From NCBI GenBank assembly GCA_040219255.1, contig JAVJSW010000034.1:1-39945 (forward strand): DNA of 39,945 nt, in the 5' to 3' direction. Positions within the stretch are counted from its first letter, which is position 1. Each line of letters opens with the position of its first letter. Origin of the DNA: Sumerlaeia bacterium. Its GTDB lineage: Bacteria > Sumerlaeota > Sumerlaeia > SLMS01 > JAHLLQ01. Made by a program: the position numbers and the translations under genes. Below the pieces are notes generated by a model, which was not told the DNA's origin, did not search any database, and saw only the letters and a program-made list of their open reading frames with translations. Below are positions 16,222 to 24,713 of this stretch, piece after piece.

Positions 16222-17406
16222 ATGGAGATGATTGGCTTTCGAAAATTGAAGGTGACATGGGCGTCCCACCCATGCCCCGCGGCGTTTTTGGGGCAGAGTA
16301 GCCGCCGGTCCGCGCGAGGCGTGGCGCGTCACGGGCGGGACGTCCGTGCTCCACAGAAGCGGGGCACCCAGAAGGGCTTCTCCCTTCTCGAAGTCCTCAT
16401 CGCCACCACCATTTTCGCGCTGATTTCCGTGGCTGTGTTCCAAACGTTCCGCGTCGGCACGAGCGCCTACAGCAGCGGTCTGCGCGAGGCGGCGGTGCTC
16501 CAGCGCGCCCGCTTCGCCCTCGATGCGCTGGATCAGGATTTCGACACGCTGTTCTTCCGCGACGAAACCTCGTACAACGTGGCGGCGCGCAAGCTGATCG
16601 AGGAGTACGAGCGCGCCCGGCTCGATGCCGAGGAAACGAACGACTGGAGCAAGTTCGAGGAAGTCTATGGTCCGGAGGACGGCGGCGAGGCGAAGGACAA
16701 AGGGTCGAACTTTGTCGGCAACCCGTTCGAGCAAGGTCGGCTGATCGATCTGCAAATTCTGGGCGAAGACAGCCAGGACCAGGACGCGATCGCCTTCGCC
16801 GTGCGTCGGCCCTATGGCGTCGGGGGCAAGATGTACCCCTTCGGCCTCGCCCGCGTGCGCTATTCGCTGCAGGGCGACGTGCTCGTTCGCAGCATCGAAA
16901 GCGTCGAGGACGCCCCCCGCGACTGGCAGGGCCAGGAGCTGGAACGCAAGATGCCGCCGGACTATACTCTGGTCGCCCAGGGCGTGCAGAAGTTCGACCT
17001 GAAGTACGCCTTCTGGAACGACAACCAGTGGTACGAGGTCGATTCCTGGAATTCCGCCAACCGCCAAATCCGCAACCCGGATTACCTGCTGGGCGATTAC
17101 GAAGTCGATGACGATGACGCCGCGGCGGGCATCGCGGTGCTGGGGTCGGACCTGTACAACGAACTTCTGAACGAGCAAGAGCGCCAGCCCTACGACCGCG
17201 TCCCGGCCTATGTGCGGGTGCACCTGGAAATCTCCGATCCCGAATCCCCCGCCCGCGTTCGCCAGTTCGAACGGATCTATCGCCTGCCCGGCAGCGTCGA
17301 GACGTGGGTGCCGAACAAGAAAATCGAAGAGGAAGACCAGGAAGAAGAGCGGATGGAACGCGACAACCGCTACACGCTGGTTTACCCGGGAGCGCTACGG
17401 AAATGA
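16222..17406 (+). CDS. Minor pseudopilin, GspJ-like
   Basis: GGAGG RBS. KG|FSLLEVLIATTIFALI, VRYSLQGDVLVRS and PAYVRVHLEI. An alternative start GTG lies at 16321. Confidence 0.82.
   Translation: MEMIGFRKLKVTWASHPCPAAFLGQSSRRSARGVARHGRDVRAPQKRGTQKGFSLLEVLIATTIFALISVAVFQTFRVGTSAYSSGLREAAVLQRARFALDALDQDFDTLFFRDETSYNVAARKLIEEYERARLDAEETNDWSKFEEVYGPEDGGEAKDKGSNFVGNPFEQGRLIDLQILGEDSQDQDAIAFAVRRPYGVGGKMYPFGLARVRYSLQGDVLVRSIESVEDAPRDWQGQELERKMPPDYTLVAQGVQKFDLKYAFWNDNQWYEVDSWNSANRQIRNPDYLLGDYEVDDDDAAAGIAVLGSDLYNELLNEQERQPYDRVPAYVRVHLEISDPESPARVRQFERIYRLPGSVETWVPNKKIEEEDQEEERMERDNRYTLVYPGALRK
16252..16352. repeat. Inverted pair of REP-like hairpins (REPIN-like) inside the GspJ leader coding region
   Basis: gtgacatgggcgtcccacccatg (16252-16274) and cacgggcgggacgtccgtgctcc (16330-16352) are each internally palindromic and roughly reverse complements of one another. 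Confidence 0.7.
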
Positions 17407-17409
17407 TTC

Positions 17410-17498
17410 GGGACACGGAGTTCAAGGAGAAGGGAGATTCACCGAACAGCATTCTCTTTGAGAAAGACGCCTCCGTGTCTCCGCGTCTCCGTGGTGAA
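17410..17498. repeat. Second copy of the caccacggag/ctccgtggtg palindromic element (left arm degraded)
   Basis: Right arm ctccgtgtctccgcgtctccgtggtgaa, left remnant gggacacggag, inner stem tcaaggagaa/ttctctttga. Confidence 0.75.
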
Positions 17499-17518
17499 TT
17501 TTGGAAAGGAGCCTCGCC

Positions 17519-18817
17519 ATGTCGAAGAAACTGACCCGCCGGCGCCGGGCCGTGGTGCTGATTCTGGTGCTGTGGATCGCCACGGTGCTGTCGCTCCTGG
17601 CATACTCCGTGACGTACCAGATGGCGCTGGAGACCAAGCTGACCTCGATGCGCAAGAAGACCGTGGGGGCGGACGCGCTGGCGCGGGCGGGGCTGGCGGT
17701 GGCGTTCACCGACCTGCGCAACGATCTCCTCTTCGATTACAGCGACAAGAACGGTTCGCCCCAGCCCTACGACGCCATCAGCGACGTGTGGTATCGCCCG
17801 GCGGACGAGCGCGAGGATGGCTATGAACTTGGCGAGAACGATGGCAAATATTACTTCGAAGTGCGCGACGAGGAGCGCTTCCTGAACTTGAACGTGGTGG
17901 CCAAGCCACCGGCCAAGCCGCTCCTGATCGCCATTCTCGAGCAACTCGGCTATGAAGAAGAAGACGCGGAGATCGTGGCGTCGGCGATTATCGACTGGGC
18001 CGACGCGGACGATCAGCCGGCGCTGGAAACCTCTCCCGGCAACGAGGGCCTGACCTATGGCCTGTTCCAAGCCGAAGACCGGGGCGAATCGCCCCGCGAA
18101 GACGACGTGGAACGCGCCATCCTGCCTAACGAACCCTACCTGACGGTGGAGGGTCTGATGGACGTTTACGGCGTGACGCCGGAACTGTTCTTCGGCCCCG
18201 AAACGCCGGAAGCCATCTACTATCGCCAGATGATCGGCGAGACGGCTTACGACGGCGGGCGCTTTGAATTGGACCGCCGCAGCGGCAGCCGGCGCGGCGA
18301 AGCGCCCTTGGGCCTGCGCGATTTCTTCACGGTATACGGCAGCGAAAAGCTGAACTTGAACACCGCCCCCAAGCACATCCTGGAAGCGCTCTTCGAAGCC
18401 GCTGGCCAATCTGACCCGGACGGGCTGGCCGAGCGCGTGGTGCGCGAACGGGGCGACGAACGCCGCAAGCCGGACCCCGACAACGCCTTTCAGAATTTGG
18501 GCGAAGTGAACAGCAAAGTTCCCGAACTCGGCGCCATCGTCGGCGCCGCCGGGCGCTTCCATCCCCTGGACGTCAAGAGCGAGGTCTTCACCGTGACCGC
18601 CCGCGGAGAGGAAGGGGGCATCGCTCAACAGCTCCAGGTCACGGTGCACCGCGCCCTGGAAACGATGCAGCGCGACGACTCCTTTGAAGCCATCGACCGT
18701 GCCAAGGAACGGCTCGAGCGCTATGAAGACAAGCGCGAGCGGATGCGGCGCCGCGACGATGACGAGCGCGTCTTTCAGGTGCCCGCCATCCGCATCGTGC
18801 AGTGGCATCGAGAATAG
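17519..18817 (+). CDS. gspK: Minor pseudopilin GspK-like
   Basis: AAGGAG RBS. RRRRA|VVLILVLW (no E+5, typical of GspK), LNLN, AIIDWADADD, KLNLNTAP. Confidence 0.85.
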   Translation: MSKKLTRRRRAVVLILVLWIATVLSLLAYSVTYQMALETKLTSMRKKTVGADALARAGLAVAFTDLRNDLLFDYSDKNGSPQPYDAISDVWYRPADEREDGYELGENDGKYYFEVRDEERFLNLNVVAKPPAKPLLIAILEQLGYEEEDAEIVASAIIDWADADDQPALETSPGNEGLTYGLFQAEDRGESPREDDVERAILPNEPYLTVEGLMDVYGVTPELFFGPETPEAIYYRQMIGETAYDGGRFELDRRSGSRRGEAPLGLRDFFTVYGSEKLNLNTAPKHILEALFEAAGQSDPDGLAERVVRERGDERRKPDPDNAFQNLGEVNSKVPELGAIVGAAGRFHPLDVKSEVFTVTARGEEGGIAQQLQVTVHRALETMQRDDSFEAIDRAKERLERYEDKRERMRRRDDDERVFQVPAIRIVQWHRE

Positions 18818-18863
18818 GGGCACCGGGAGTAGTGGCACCGGGAATAGAGGCACCGGGAATCGG
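18804..18863 (+). repeat. 4 x 15-bp tandem repeat (ggcaccgggaatagn) overlapping the gspK stop
   Basis: Units ggcatcgagaatagg, ggcaccgggagtagt, ggcaccgggaataga, ggcaccgggaatcgg. Confidence 0.85.
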
Positions 18864-18952
18864 GTGGGCAGCGGAGGTCAACCCCACAGGAAACAAATCG
18901 AACGGCGGAATCGTCAAACCCTGACAGGAACCAATGGAACGGATAGCAATTC

Positions 18953-20677
18953 ATGTCACGCGCCATAGCGATCGAATACAGCGAAGCGGAAGCCAAGGTG
19001 CTCCAACTGGTGTTGGAGAAGAAGACCCGCAAGCCCCTGCTGGAGCGCGCGTTCCGCGTGAGCTTCGACGGCATCGAACGGGAGGCGCCGGACGCCCCGG
19101 CGCGGCGAGGCGTCCGCCTCAAGGAAGCCTTCAAGCAGCACAAAATCTCAGCCAGCACCCCCGTGGCGGTCATCGTGCCCAAGCAATCGGCCACTGTCCG
19201 CCGCGTCCGGCTGCCCACCACCGACCCGCAGGAACTGGCGGCCATGGTGGCTTTCGAAGCGGAGAAGCTGATCCCCTTCAACCCGGAAAACCACATCGTC
19301 GACTACTCGATTTTGGAGCAGGACGCCACCGAAGGGTCGCTCCTGCTGATGGCGGGCATGGATGAAACGGTGGTGCAGAACTGGCTCGACACGCTCGAAG
19401 GCACGCACCTGGACGCCAAGCTGGTCGATGTGTCTTCGCTGTCGCTGCTTTACGCACTGCGGGAGACTCTGCCGCCGGAGCAGTTGGAGGGCATCGTGGC
19501 CGCCGTTCATATCGGGCGGATCCATACCGATATGACGATCGCCCGCGACGGCGAAATCATCGCCACCCGCAGCATCCTGCATGGGCTGGAAAATCTGGAG
19601 AAATCGGCTTCGCGGGCGGCGGGGCGCGAAATGTCCACCGAGGAAATCACCAAACTCAATCTCGTGTCGCACGATGACGCCCTGGTCCACAAGCCGGCCG
19701 CCATCGGCGGCGAGGGCGAAAACGGTGAATGGACTTCGGACCCCACGAAGGTCGCCGCCATGGTCATCCCCGCCCTCGAAGAAGAAGGCATCGTCGAACA
19801 GACGCCCGAAGGCGAAGCGGCCCGCAAATGGCGCCAGCGCCTGATCACCAACATCTCGCGCACCTACGAATTCGCCCTCCGCGAGGAAGGCATCCCCTTC
19901 ATCCGCCGCGTCTTCCTCTCCGGCGAAGGCGCCACCATCCAGAGCCTGGCCCACAGCCTGATCCTGGAAATCAACGCCCCGGTCAAGATGTTCGACCCGG
20001 TGACGAATCTGACGCGCGATCCGAAGGCGATGGTGGACGCCGGTCCCTTCGCCGACATGGCGGTGACTTACGGCGCGGCCCTGCGTCTGGCCCGGGGCGA
20101 GGAAAACACCCGCGTCAACCTGATCCCGCCGAGGGTCCTCGCCGCCCAGGCGAGAGCCGAGCGCCGCCTGCACTACGCCGTCACCGGCGGCATGGTGATG
20201 GTCACGCTCGTGATGGCCTACCTGATGTTCGCCAGCGACGCCGAACTCAAGCGCGAGCAGCTCGCGGCCTACGAGGACTACCGCGCCATCATGCGGCCCC
20301 ACGTGGAGAAACTGGAAGAAAAACGCGACCGCATCGCGATCATCGACGCCCTGAAGAGCAACCAGGGAGGCGCCCTGGAAATCCTCGACAAGATCAGCAA
20401 CTACAGCCCCCTGGGCACCGTGAAGCAAGGCGGCCGGCTGTCTCTGACGGACTACCGCTTCTTCATGCGCGACCGCGTGGAAATCGAGGGCGACGCCCTG
20501 ATCGTGGACGACATCAGCGATTTCGTGGAATTTCTTCGCAACCTGAAGAAAGCCAACGGCGAGGCGATGTTCACCCGAGTGGAGGTCGAGCAAAACGTGC
20601 GGCCCCTCCCCCGCCGCAGCGAACAAATCTACCACTTCGAAATCGATGCCCTCCTGCCCGAGGACAGCCCGGAATAA
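18953..20677 (+). CDS. pilM: PilM/GspL actin-like domain fused to a PilN-like TM and periplasmic domain
   Basis: VRRVRLP, FEAEKLIPF, VHIGRIHTDMTI, VFLSGEGA, YGAALR, then VNLIP plus a TM helix and periplasmic tail typical of PilN. Confidence 0.8.
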   Translation: MSRAIAIEYSEAEAKVLQLVLEKKTRKPLLERAFRVSFDGIEREAPDAPARRGVRLKEAFKQHKISASTPVAVIVPKQSATVRRVRLPTTDPQELAAMVAFEAEKLIPFNPENHIVDYSILEQDATEGSLLLMAGMDETVVQNWLDTLEGTHLDAKLVDVSSLSLLYALRETLPPEQLEGIVAAVHIGRIHTDMTIARDGEIIATRSILHGLENLEKSASRAAGREMSTEEITKLNLVSHDDALVHKPAAIGGEGENGEWTSDPTKVAAMVIPALEEEGIVEQTPEGEAARKWRQRLITNISRTYEFALREEGIPFIRRVFLSGEGATIQSLAHSLILEINAPVKMFDPVTNLTRDPKAMVDAGPFADMAVTYGAALRLARGEENTRVNLIPPRVLAAQARAERRLHYAVTGGMVMVTLVMAYLMFASDAELKREQLAAYEDYRAIMRPHVEKLEEKRDRIAIIDALKSNQGGALEILDKISNYSPLGTVKQGGRLSLTDYRFFMRDRVEIEGDALIVDDISDFVEFLRNLKKANGEAMFTRVEVEQNVRPLPRRSEQIYHFEIDALLPEDSPE

Positions 20678-20705
20678 TCCGGCGGAAAGCGATAAGGACC
20701 ACCCC

Positions 20706-21236
20706 ATGAATCAGAGAGAAAAAGTTCTGGGAATCGTCACCGGCGTGGCCATTCTGGGCTACGCGGCTTGGCATTTCGGCGGCGCCGCGGTGTTCGACGG
20801 CCTCGCCGTGGACGGGCAGGCCCTCGAAGCGGAGCAGCGCCGCTTCGAAGAGGACCTCGACCTCATCCTCCTCGAAGCCCCGAAAATCGAGCGCGAGTAC
20901 CTGCAGATCGCCGGCGACGTGACCGCCGACGACGAAGGCCTGCGCCCGGACCTGATGTTCACCAACGAAGTCTCCACCATCTGCAAGAACTTCGGTTTCG
21001 GCGCCCCCCAGATCGCCACGGAAATCAAGAACATTGAGGACGTGGAAGACTACCAGATGGTCTATATCGTCACCCGCGGCCTTGATGGCAACGAACGCGG
21101 CGTCGTCGAACTCCTGAAGGAATTCGACAAACGAGGCTACATTCTCGACGAGGTGAAGCTCAACGCCCGCCGCGACTCCGACCGCGTCCTGGCGGAAATC
21201 ACCCTCGGCCGCCTCGTCAGCGCCTTCTACTTCTAA
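20706..21236 (+). CDS. PilO/GspM-like bitopic membrane protein
   Basis: MNQREKVLGIVTGVAILGYAAW (xxRE plus TM, as in GspM). Coiled region then ferredoxin-like pattern; follows the PilM-N gene. Confidence 0.6.
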   Translation: MNQREKVLGIVTGVAILGYAAWHFGGAAVFDGLAVDGQALEAEQRRFEEDLDLILLEAPKIEREYLQIAGDVTADDEGLRPDLMFTNEVSTICKNFGFGAPQIATEIKNIEDVEDYQMVYIVTRGLDGNERGVVELLKEFDKRGYILDEVKLNARRDSDRVLAEITLGRLVSAFYF

Positions 21237-21261
21237 GCCCACACGGCAAGGGACCCGGACC

Positions 21262-21810
21262 ATGTTCAAGAACCTGAGTATCGAACAAAAACTGCTGCTG
21301 CTGAACATTGTGCTGTTTGGCTTCATCGGCGCCGCCGGCTACATCCTCATGACCGAGGAACGGCTCGTGCCCGAGGAACCGGACGTCGACGGCTACATCG
21401 CGGTGCTGCAAGAAGAAATCGCCAACCTGCCCGAAGATCGCCAGAGCGGCAGCACCTACATCAACATCGGCAAGAAAGACCTCTTCCGCACCCTGATCGA
21501 ACTGCCCACGCCCACGCCCACACCCACGCCCACACCCCAGCCCACGCCAAGCCTGGACGAAGCCCTTCAATACTGGAAGCTCGAAGGCGTCTTCGGCGAC
21601 ACGGCGGTCGTGACCGACAAGCGCACCCGCGAGACCTGGATGATGTCCATGTCCGACGACTCGCGCGTCAAGACCGTCCAGCACCGCGGCGAGAACGTGG
21701 ACGTGCGCCTGATCGAAATCGACGACCAGGAAAAATTCTCCGCCACCTGGGCCTACACCAACCCCCGCGGAACCCAGAAGAAAACCATGAGCATGCTGGA
21801 TCCAGAGTAA
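21262..21810 (+). CDS. GspC/PilP-like bitopic protein with a (TP)n linker
   Basis: N-terminal TM, KDLF, PTPTPTPTPTPQPTP linker, WKLEGVFGDTAVVTD beta-domain resembling the GspC-HR/PilP LxLxG pattern. Operon position fits. Confidence 0.55.
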   Translation: MFKNLSIEQKLLLLNIVLFGFIGAAGYILMTEERLVPEEPDVDGYIAVLQEEIANLPEDRQSGSTYINIGKKDLFRTLIELPTPTPTPTPTPQPTPSLDEALQYWKLEGVFGDTAVVTDKRTRETWMMSMSDDSRVKTVQHRGENVDVRLIEIDDQEKFSATWAYTNPRGTQKKTMSMLDPE

Positions 21811-21873
21811 GCGGGGAACCGAGCGGGAGCCGGTCTTGTCCCACACCTCAATCCACACAAGAGGCGAAAAAGG

Positions 21874-22536
21874 ATGGGTCGGCTGCTGCTTATTATCCCC
21901 CCGATGCTGGCCGCCATCGCCTCTGGGACAGTCTTCGGGCTGCACGAGCCCATGGTCGAATACGCCGAGAACGTGCGCGAACGGATGTGGACGAGTCCGC
22001 CCCTGACAGTCATTGCCTGTGGACCGCCACCTATCGTCCACGCCTCCTTTCAAGAACCAAACCTTGACCGCATCTTCGTCATCGCCGGAGACGAAGCGAC
22101 CTCCGCCAGCCTCCAGCCGTACCTCTCGGGTGCCACGCCGGTCCTGAAGCTCGAGGATCTCGCCGGGGACGAATCGCTTTGGGGCAGCACCGTCCTCGCC
22201 TGGGACGGCCGGACGAGTGATACCCGCTTGCTGGCGGTCGAAATCGATGGGCAGGGGGAGGCTCGGGTCAAAGGGACAAAGCCATTGGGCAAGCCGCTTT
22301 CCGGCATTCTCCCGTTTTGGAAGGTCGAGGCCATCTTCAGCGACACCGTCCTGATAACTGACCGGCGCACCCGCGAGACGTGGATGATGGAGGTCACGAT
22401 GGATGACGTCACCACCAGAACGCTTCCTCAGAAGCCCGCGCCGGTGCCTGTGCGCCTGATCGAACGAGAAGGCATAGAGTCCTTTTCCTTGGAGTGGTCT
22501 TCCGTTTACCCGCGTGGTCAAGGCAGTCAAAAGTAA
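21874..22536 (+). CDS. Paralog of 21262-21810 (GspC/PilP-like), apparently with a duplicated beta-domain
   Basis: FWKVEAIFSDTVLITDRRTRETWMM and VRLIE match the upstream gene. An earlier LKLEDLAGD...TVLAWDGRT segment looks like a second copy. Confidence 0.55.
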   Translation: MGRLLLIIPPMLAAIASGTVFGLHEPMVEYAENVRERMWTSPPLTVIACGPPPIVHASFQEPNLDRIFVIAGDEATSASLQPYLSGATPVLKLEDLAGDESLWGSTVLAWDGRTSDTRLLAVEIDGQGEARVKGTKPLGKPLSGILPFWKVEAIFSDTVLITDRRTRETWMMEVTMDDVTTRTLPQKPAPVPVRLIEREGIESFSLEWSSVYPRGQGSQK

Positions 22537-22625
22537 CATTGCCCAGCGGCCTTGCGATAAGGTAAGGCATTCACACCTAGTCTCAACGGCGGCGGCGAAT
22601 CCGTACACAAGGGAGCAGATGCACC

Positions 22626-23261
22626 ATGAAGCGGGTTCTCGCCGGATGGTTTCTTTTGCTGCCCTGTGTCGGCATCGGGTTCGTCTTCGATCTGCATCGG
22701 CCAATCGTCGATTATCATTTGAAGCTTTTCCGGCCCGAACCAGTTCCTGCACAAACTGCCATTTACCCGGGAACGCGTTTCTCTTGCGGCACATGCTATT
22801 ATGGTGGCGATGATTGGTGGCGGCCAACTTACTACTCCAGTGCCTACTTTGGTGATTACGAATTCGCCGATCTGCGCCTCATCGTTCCGGAGGATGACGA
22901 ACTCGGGCTTCGCGTCGTCACCCCGGGAGAGAAACTCGCGTACGAACTCTTCCCAACCCTCGAGTCCCGCCTCGTTCTCGAAGACGTGGGGAAGGAAAGC
23001 GTGGTGATTCGCGACCAGGCGATGGAAACGCAGAAAACCTGGATGATGAATCTGAACGACTCGTCTCAGATTGTGCCGCTGCACTTTGCCGGAACGATGG
23101 TCGATTTCGCTCTGGTGGCGATTGGAAGCCCATCGCCTTGTCACGCGCGATTCGAAGTCCTCGGCCCGGGAATTGCGCAGGAGATCGTTCTGGAGGTCGT
23201 ATCGGGCACCGGCGGAAGTGTCGCCACAGAAGCTGGCCACTTCGCTTACGCGAGCCGCTAG
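22626..23261 (+). CDS. Third, more divergent paralog of the GspC/PilP-like family
   Basis: N-terminal TM. VFDLHRPIVDY matches VFGLHEPMVEY; LVLEDVGKESVVIRDQAMETQKTWMM. Confidence 0.5.
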   Translation: MKRVLAGWFLLLPCVGIGFVFDLHRPIVDYHLKLFRPEPVPAQTAIYPGTRFSCGTCYYGGDDWWRPTYYSSAYFGDYEFADLRLIVPEDDELGLRVVTPGEKLAYELFPTLESRLVLEDVGKESVVIRDQAMETQKTWMMNLNDSSQIVPLHFAGTMVDFALVAIGSPSPCHARFEVLGPGIAQEIVLEVVSGTGGSVATEAGHFAYASR

Positions 23262-23415
23262 GCTCGGCGCTTCCTCCTCGAACCGTTCCACGCCACCCGC
23301 CTCCGATTTACTTTGGCTACAAACTTATGTCAACATCGTCCTAGACACCGGGGTTTGGATGGCGCTAAGGCTTTTCAGGCTGGAAAACCTTCTTTCAAGG
23401 ACCGATCGACACGTG

Positions 23416-24699
23416 ATGCCTTTTTTCCCTCAAACAATTTCGCTCCGGAATTTCCTCCTCGCCGCCAGCGTGGCAACCGCCGTTTGCGTCGCGGTTCCCG
23501 GAGGGGCTCAGGATCGCGTGGTTCGGACCGACGGGGCCGAGATCACCGGCAAGATCGTCAATTGGACGCCTGTCGCGGTGAGCATCCAGACCAATGGCGT
23601 CACCCTGGAGATCCCCGCCGCCAACGTCGGCAAGGTCACCATCGATGGTGCTGACGGCTGTGAGGAGCAGACCGCCCGGGTGCGCTATCACCTGATGGAG
23701 GAAGAGTTCGAGGAGGCGGCGCAGGCGCTCGTGGACGCCCTCAGCGGGGGTGCCAGTTGCCCGGCGCTCGGCCGTCTGGCCTTTGAAATTCTCGACCTGC
23801 CCAAGGGCACGCTGCCGGAGAAAACCGTGCAGGACGTCGTGAGCCTCGGCTCCCGCTACCCGGAAGTCAATCAGGCGGCCATGTCGGGCCGCTATCCGCT
23901 CGACCGCGCCGTGATGATCGATGCCGGCCGCAATGCGCTCCTGAACGCGGAGGGCGAGGAATTCGTCCGGGCCCACACCGCGCTGCTCAAACTCTACCAG
24001 GCCCAGCTCCGCGACGCCATCGAGTCCAACGACCGCAAGACCACCAACGAATCCCTGATCGCCATCGCGCAACTCTACACCCGCGACCGCCAGAAGGTGA
24101 AGGACGCGGCGACGTATCAGAAGAACCTGGATCGCAACGTCGTCGATCGCATGGGCCACGCGGTGCAGATCATCCCTCTGCCCGCCGATTTCCGCCAATC
24201 CGCCAGCAGCATCGAGCAACTGCGCTCGCTGGCGCAGAGCGGCATGCAAAGCGCCCAGGATCAGGTGAAAGCGCGCCTGGAAGAATACTTCGTGATTCAG
24301 GGCCGCCGCATCGGACAGAGCCTTGTCGATAGCGGAGATTACGAAGGTTATCAGGCTGCGCTCGCCAAATGGCGCCAGATGCTTCCCTCGGAAATCGCCG
24401 AATCTGTGGCCATCGTCGAACTCTCCGCCGACCTTGATCGCTACGCTGAACGCGAAGGCATCGCCTGGGACGAATACACTCGCCTCAAGCAAATGGCCGA
24501 CGCGGGCGACTCGAGCTTCGCCGAGGAAATCGACGCCCAGATCCTGCGCTTCGAACGCTCCTTCGTCTGGACCGACCAGCGCGTCGAGCAAATGCGCGCC
24601 GCCAAAGGCCGCATCCAGGGCGCCGCCGCCATGCCAGTCGAGGGGGAAGAGGGCGCCGCCGAAGTGCCCGCCGCCGAGACGGCTTCCGGCGGAGCTTAA
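23416..24699 (+). CDS. Secreted hypothetical protein (small N-terminal beta domain plus long alpha-helical region)
   Basis: Signal peptide (FLLAASVATAVCVAVPGGA|QD), DRVVRTDGAEITGKIV start motif, strong GC3 coding bias. Confidence 0.7.
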   Translation: MPFFPQTISLRNFLLAASVATAVCVAVPGGAQDRVVRTDGAEITGKIVNWTPVAVSIQTNGVTLEIPAANVGKVTIDGADGCEEQTARVRYHLMEEEFEEAAQALVDALSGGASCPALGRLAFEILDLPKGTLPEKTVQDVVSLGSRYPEVNQAAMSGRYPLDRAVMIDAGRNALLNAEGEEFVRAHTALLKLYQAQLRDAIESNDRKTTNESLIAIAQLYTRDRQKVKDAATYQKNLDRNVVDRMGHAVQIIPLPADFRQSASSIEQLRSLAQSGMQSAQDQVKARLEEYFVIQGRRIGQSLVDSGDYEGYQAALAKWRQMLPSEIAESVAIVELSADLDRYAEREGIAWDEYTRLKQMADAGDSSFAEEIDAQILRFERSFVWTDQRVEQMRAAKGRIQGAAAMPVEGEEGAAEVPAAETASGGA

Positions 24700-24713
24700 T
24701 TCTCCTCCCGCGC

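Noticed and set aside
18804-18863. CRISPR array (also considered for 13239-13408 and 33667-33940)
   Set aside because: No repeat-spacer alternation, units too short or coding low-complexity sequence, and no cas genes.
21570-22470. Similar segments in the GspC-like genes as DGR TR/VR
   Set aside because: Differences involve all bases and are largely at third codon positions, consistent with ordinary paralogy.
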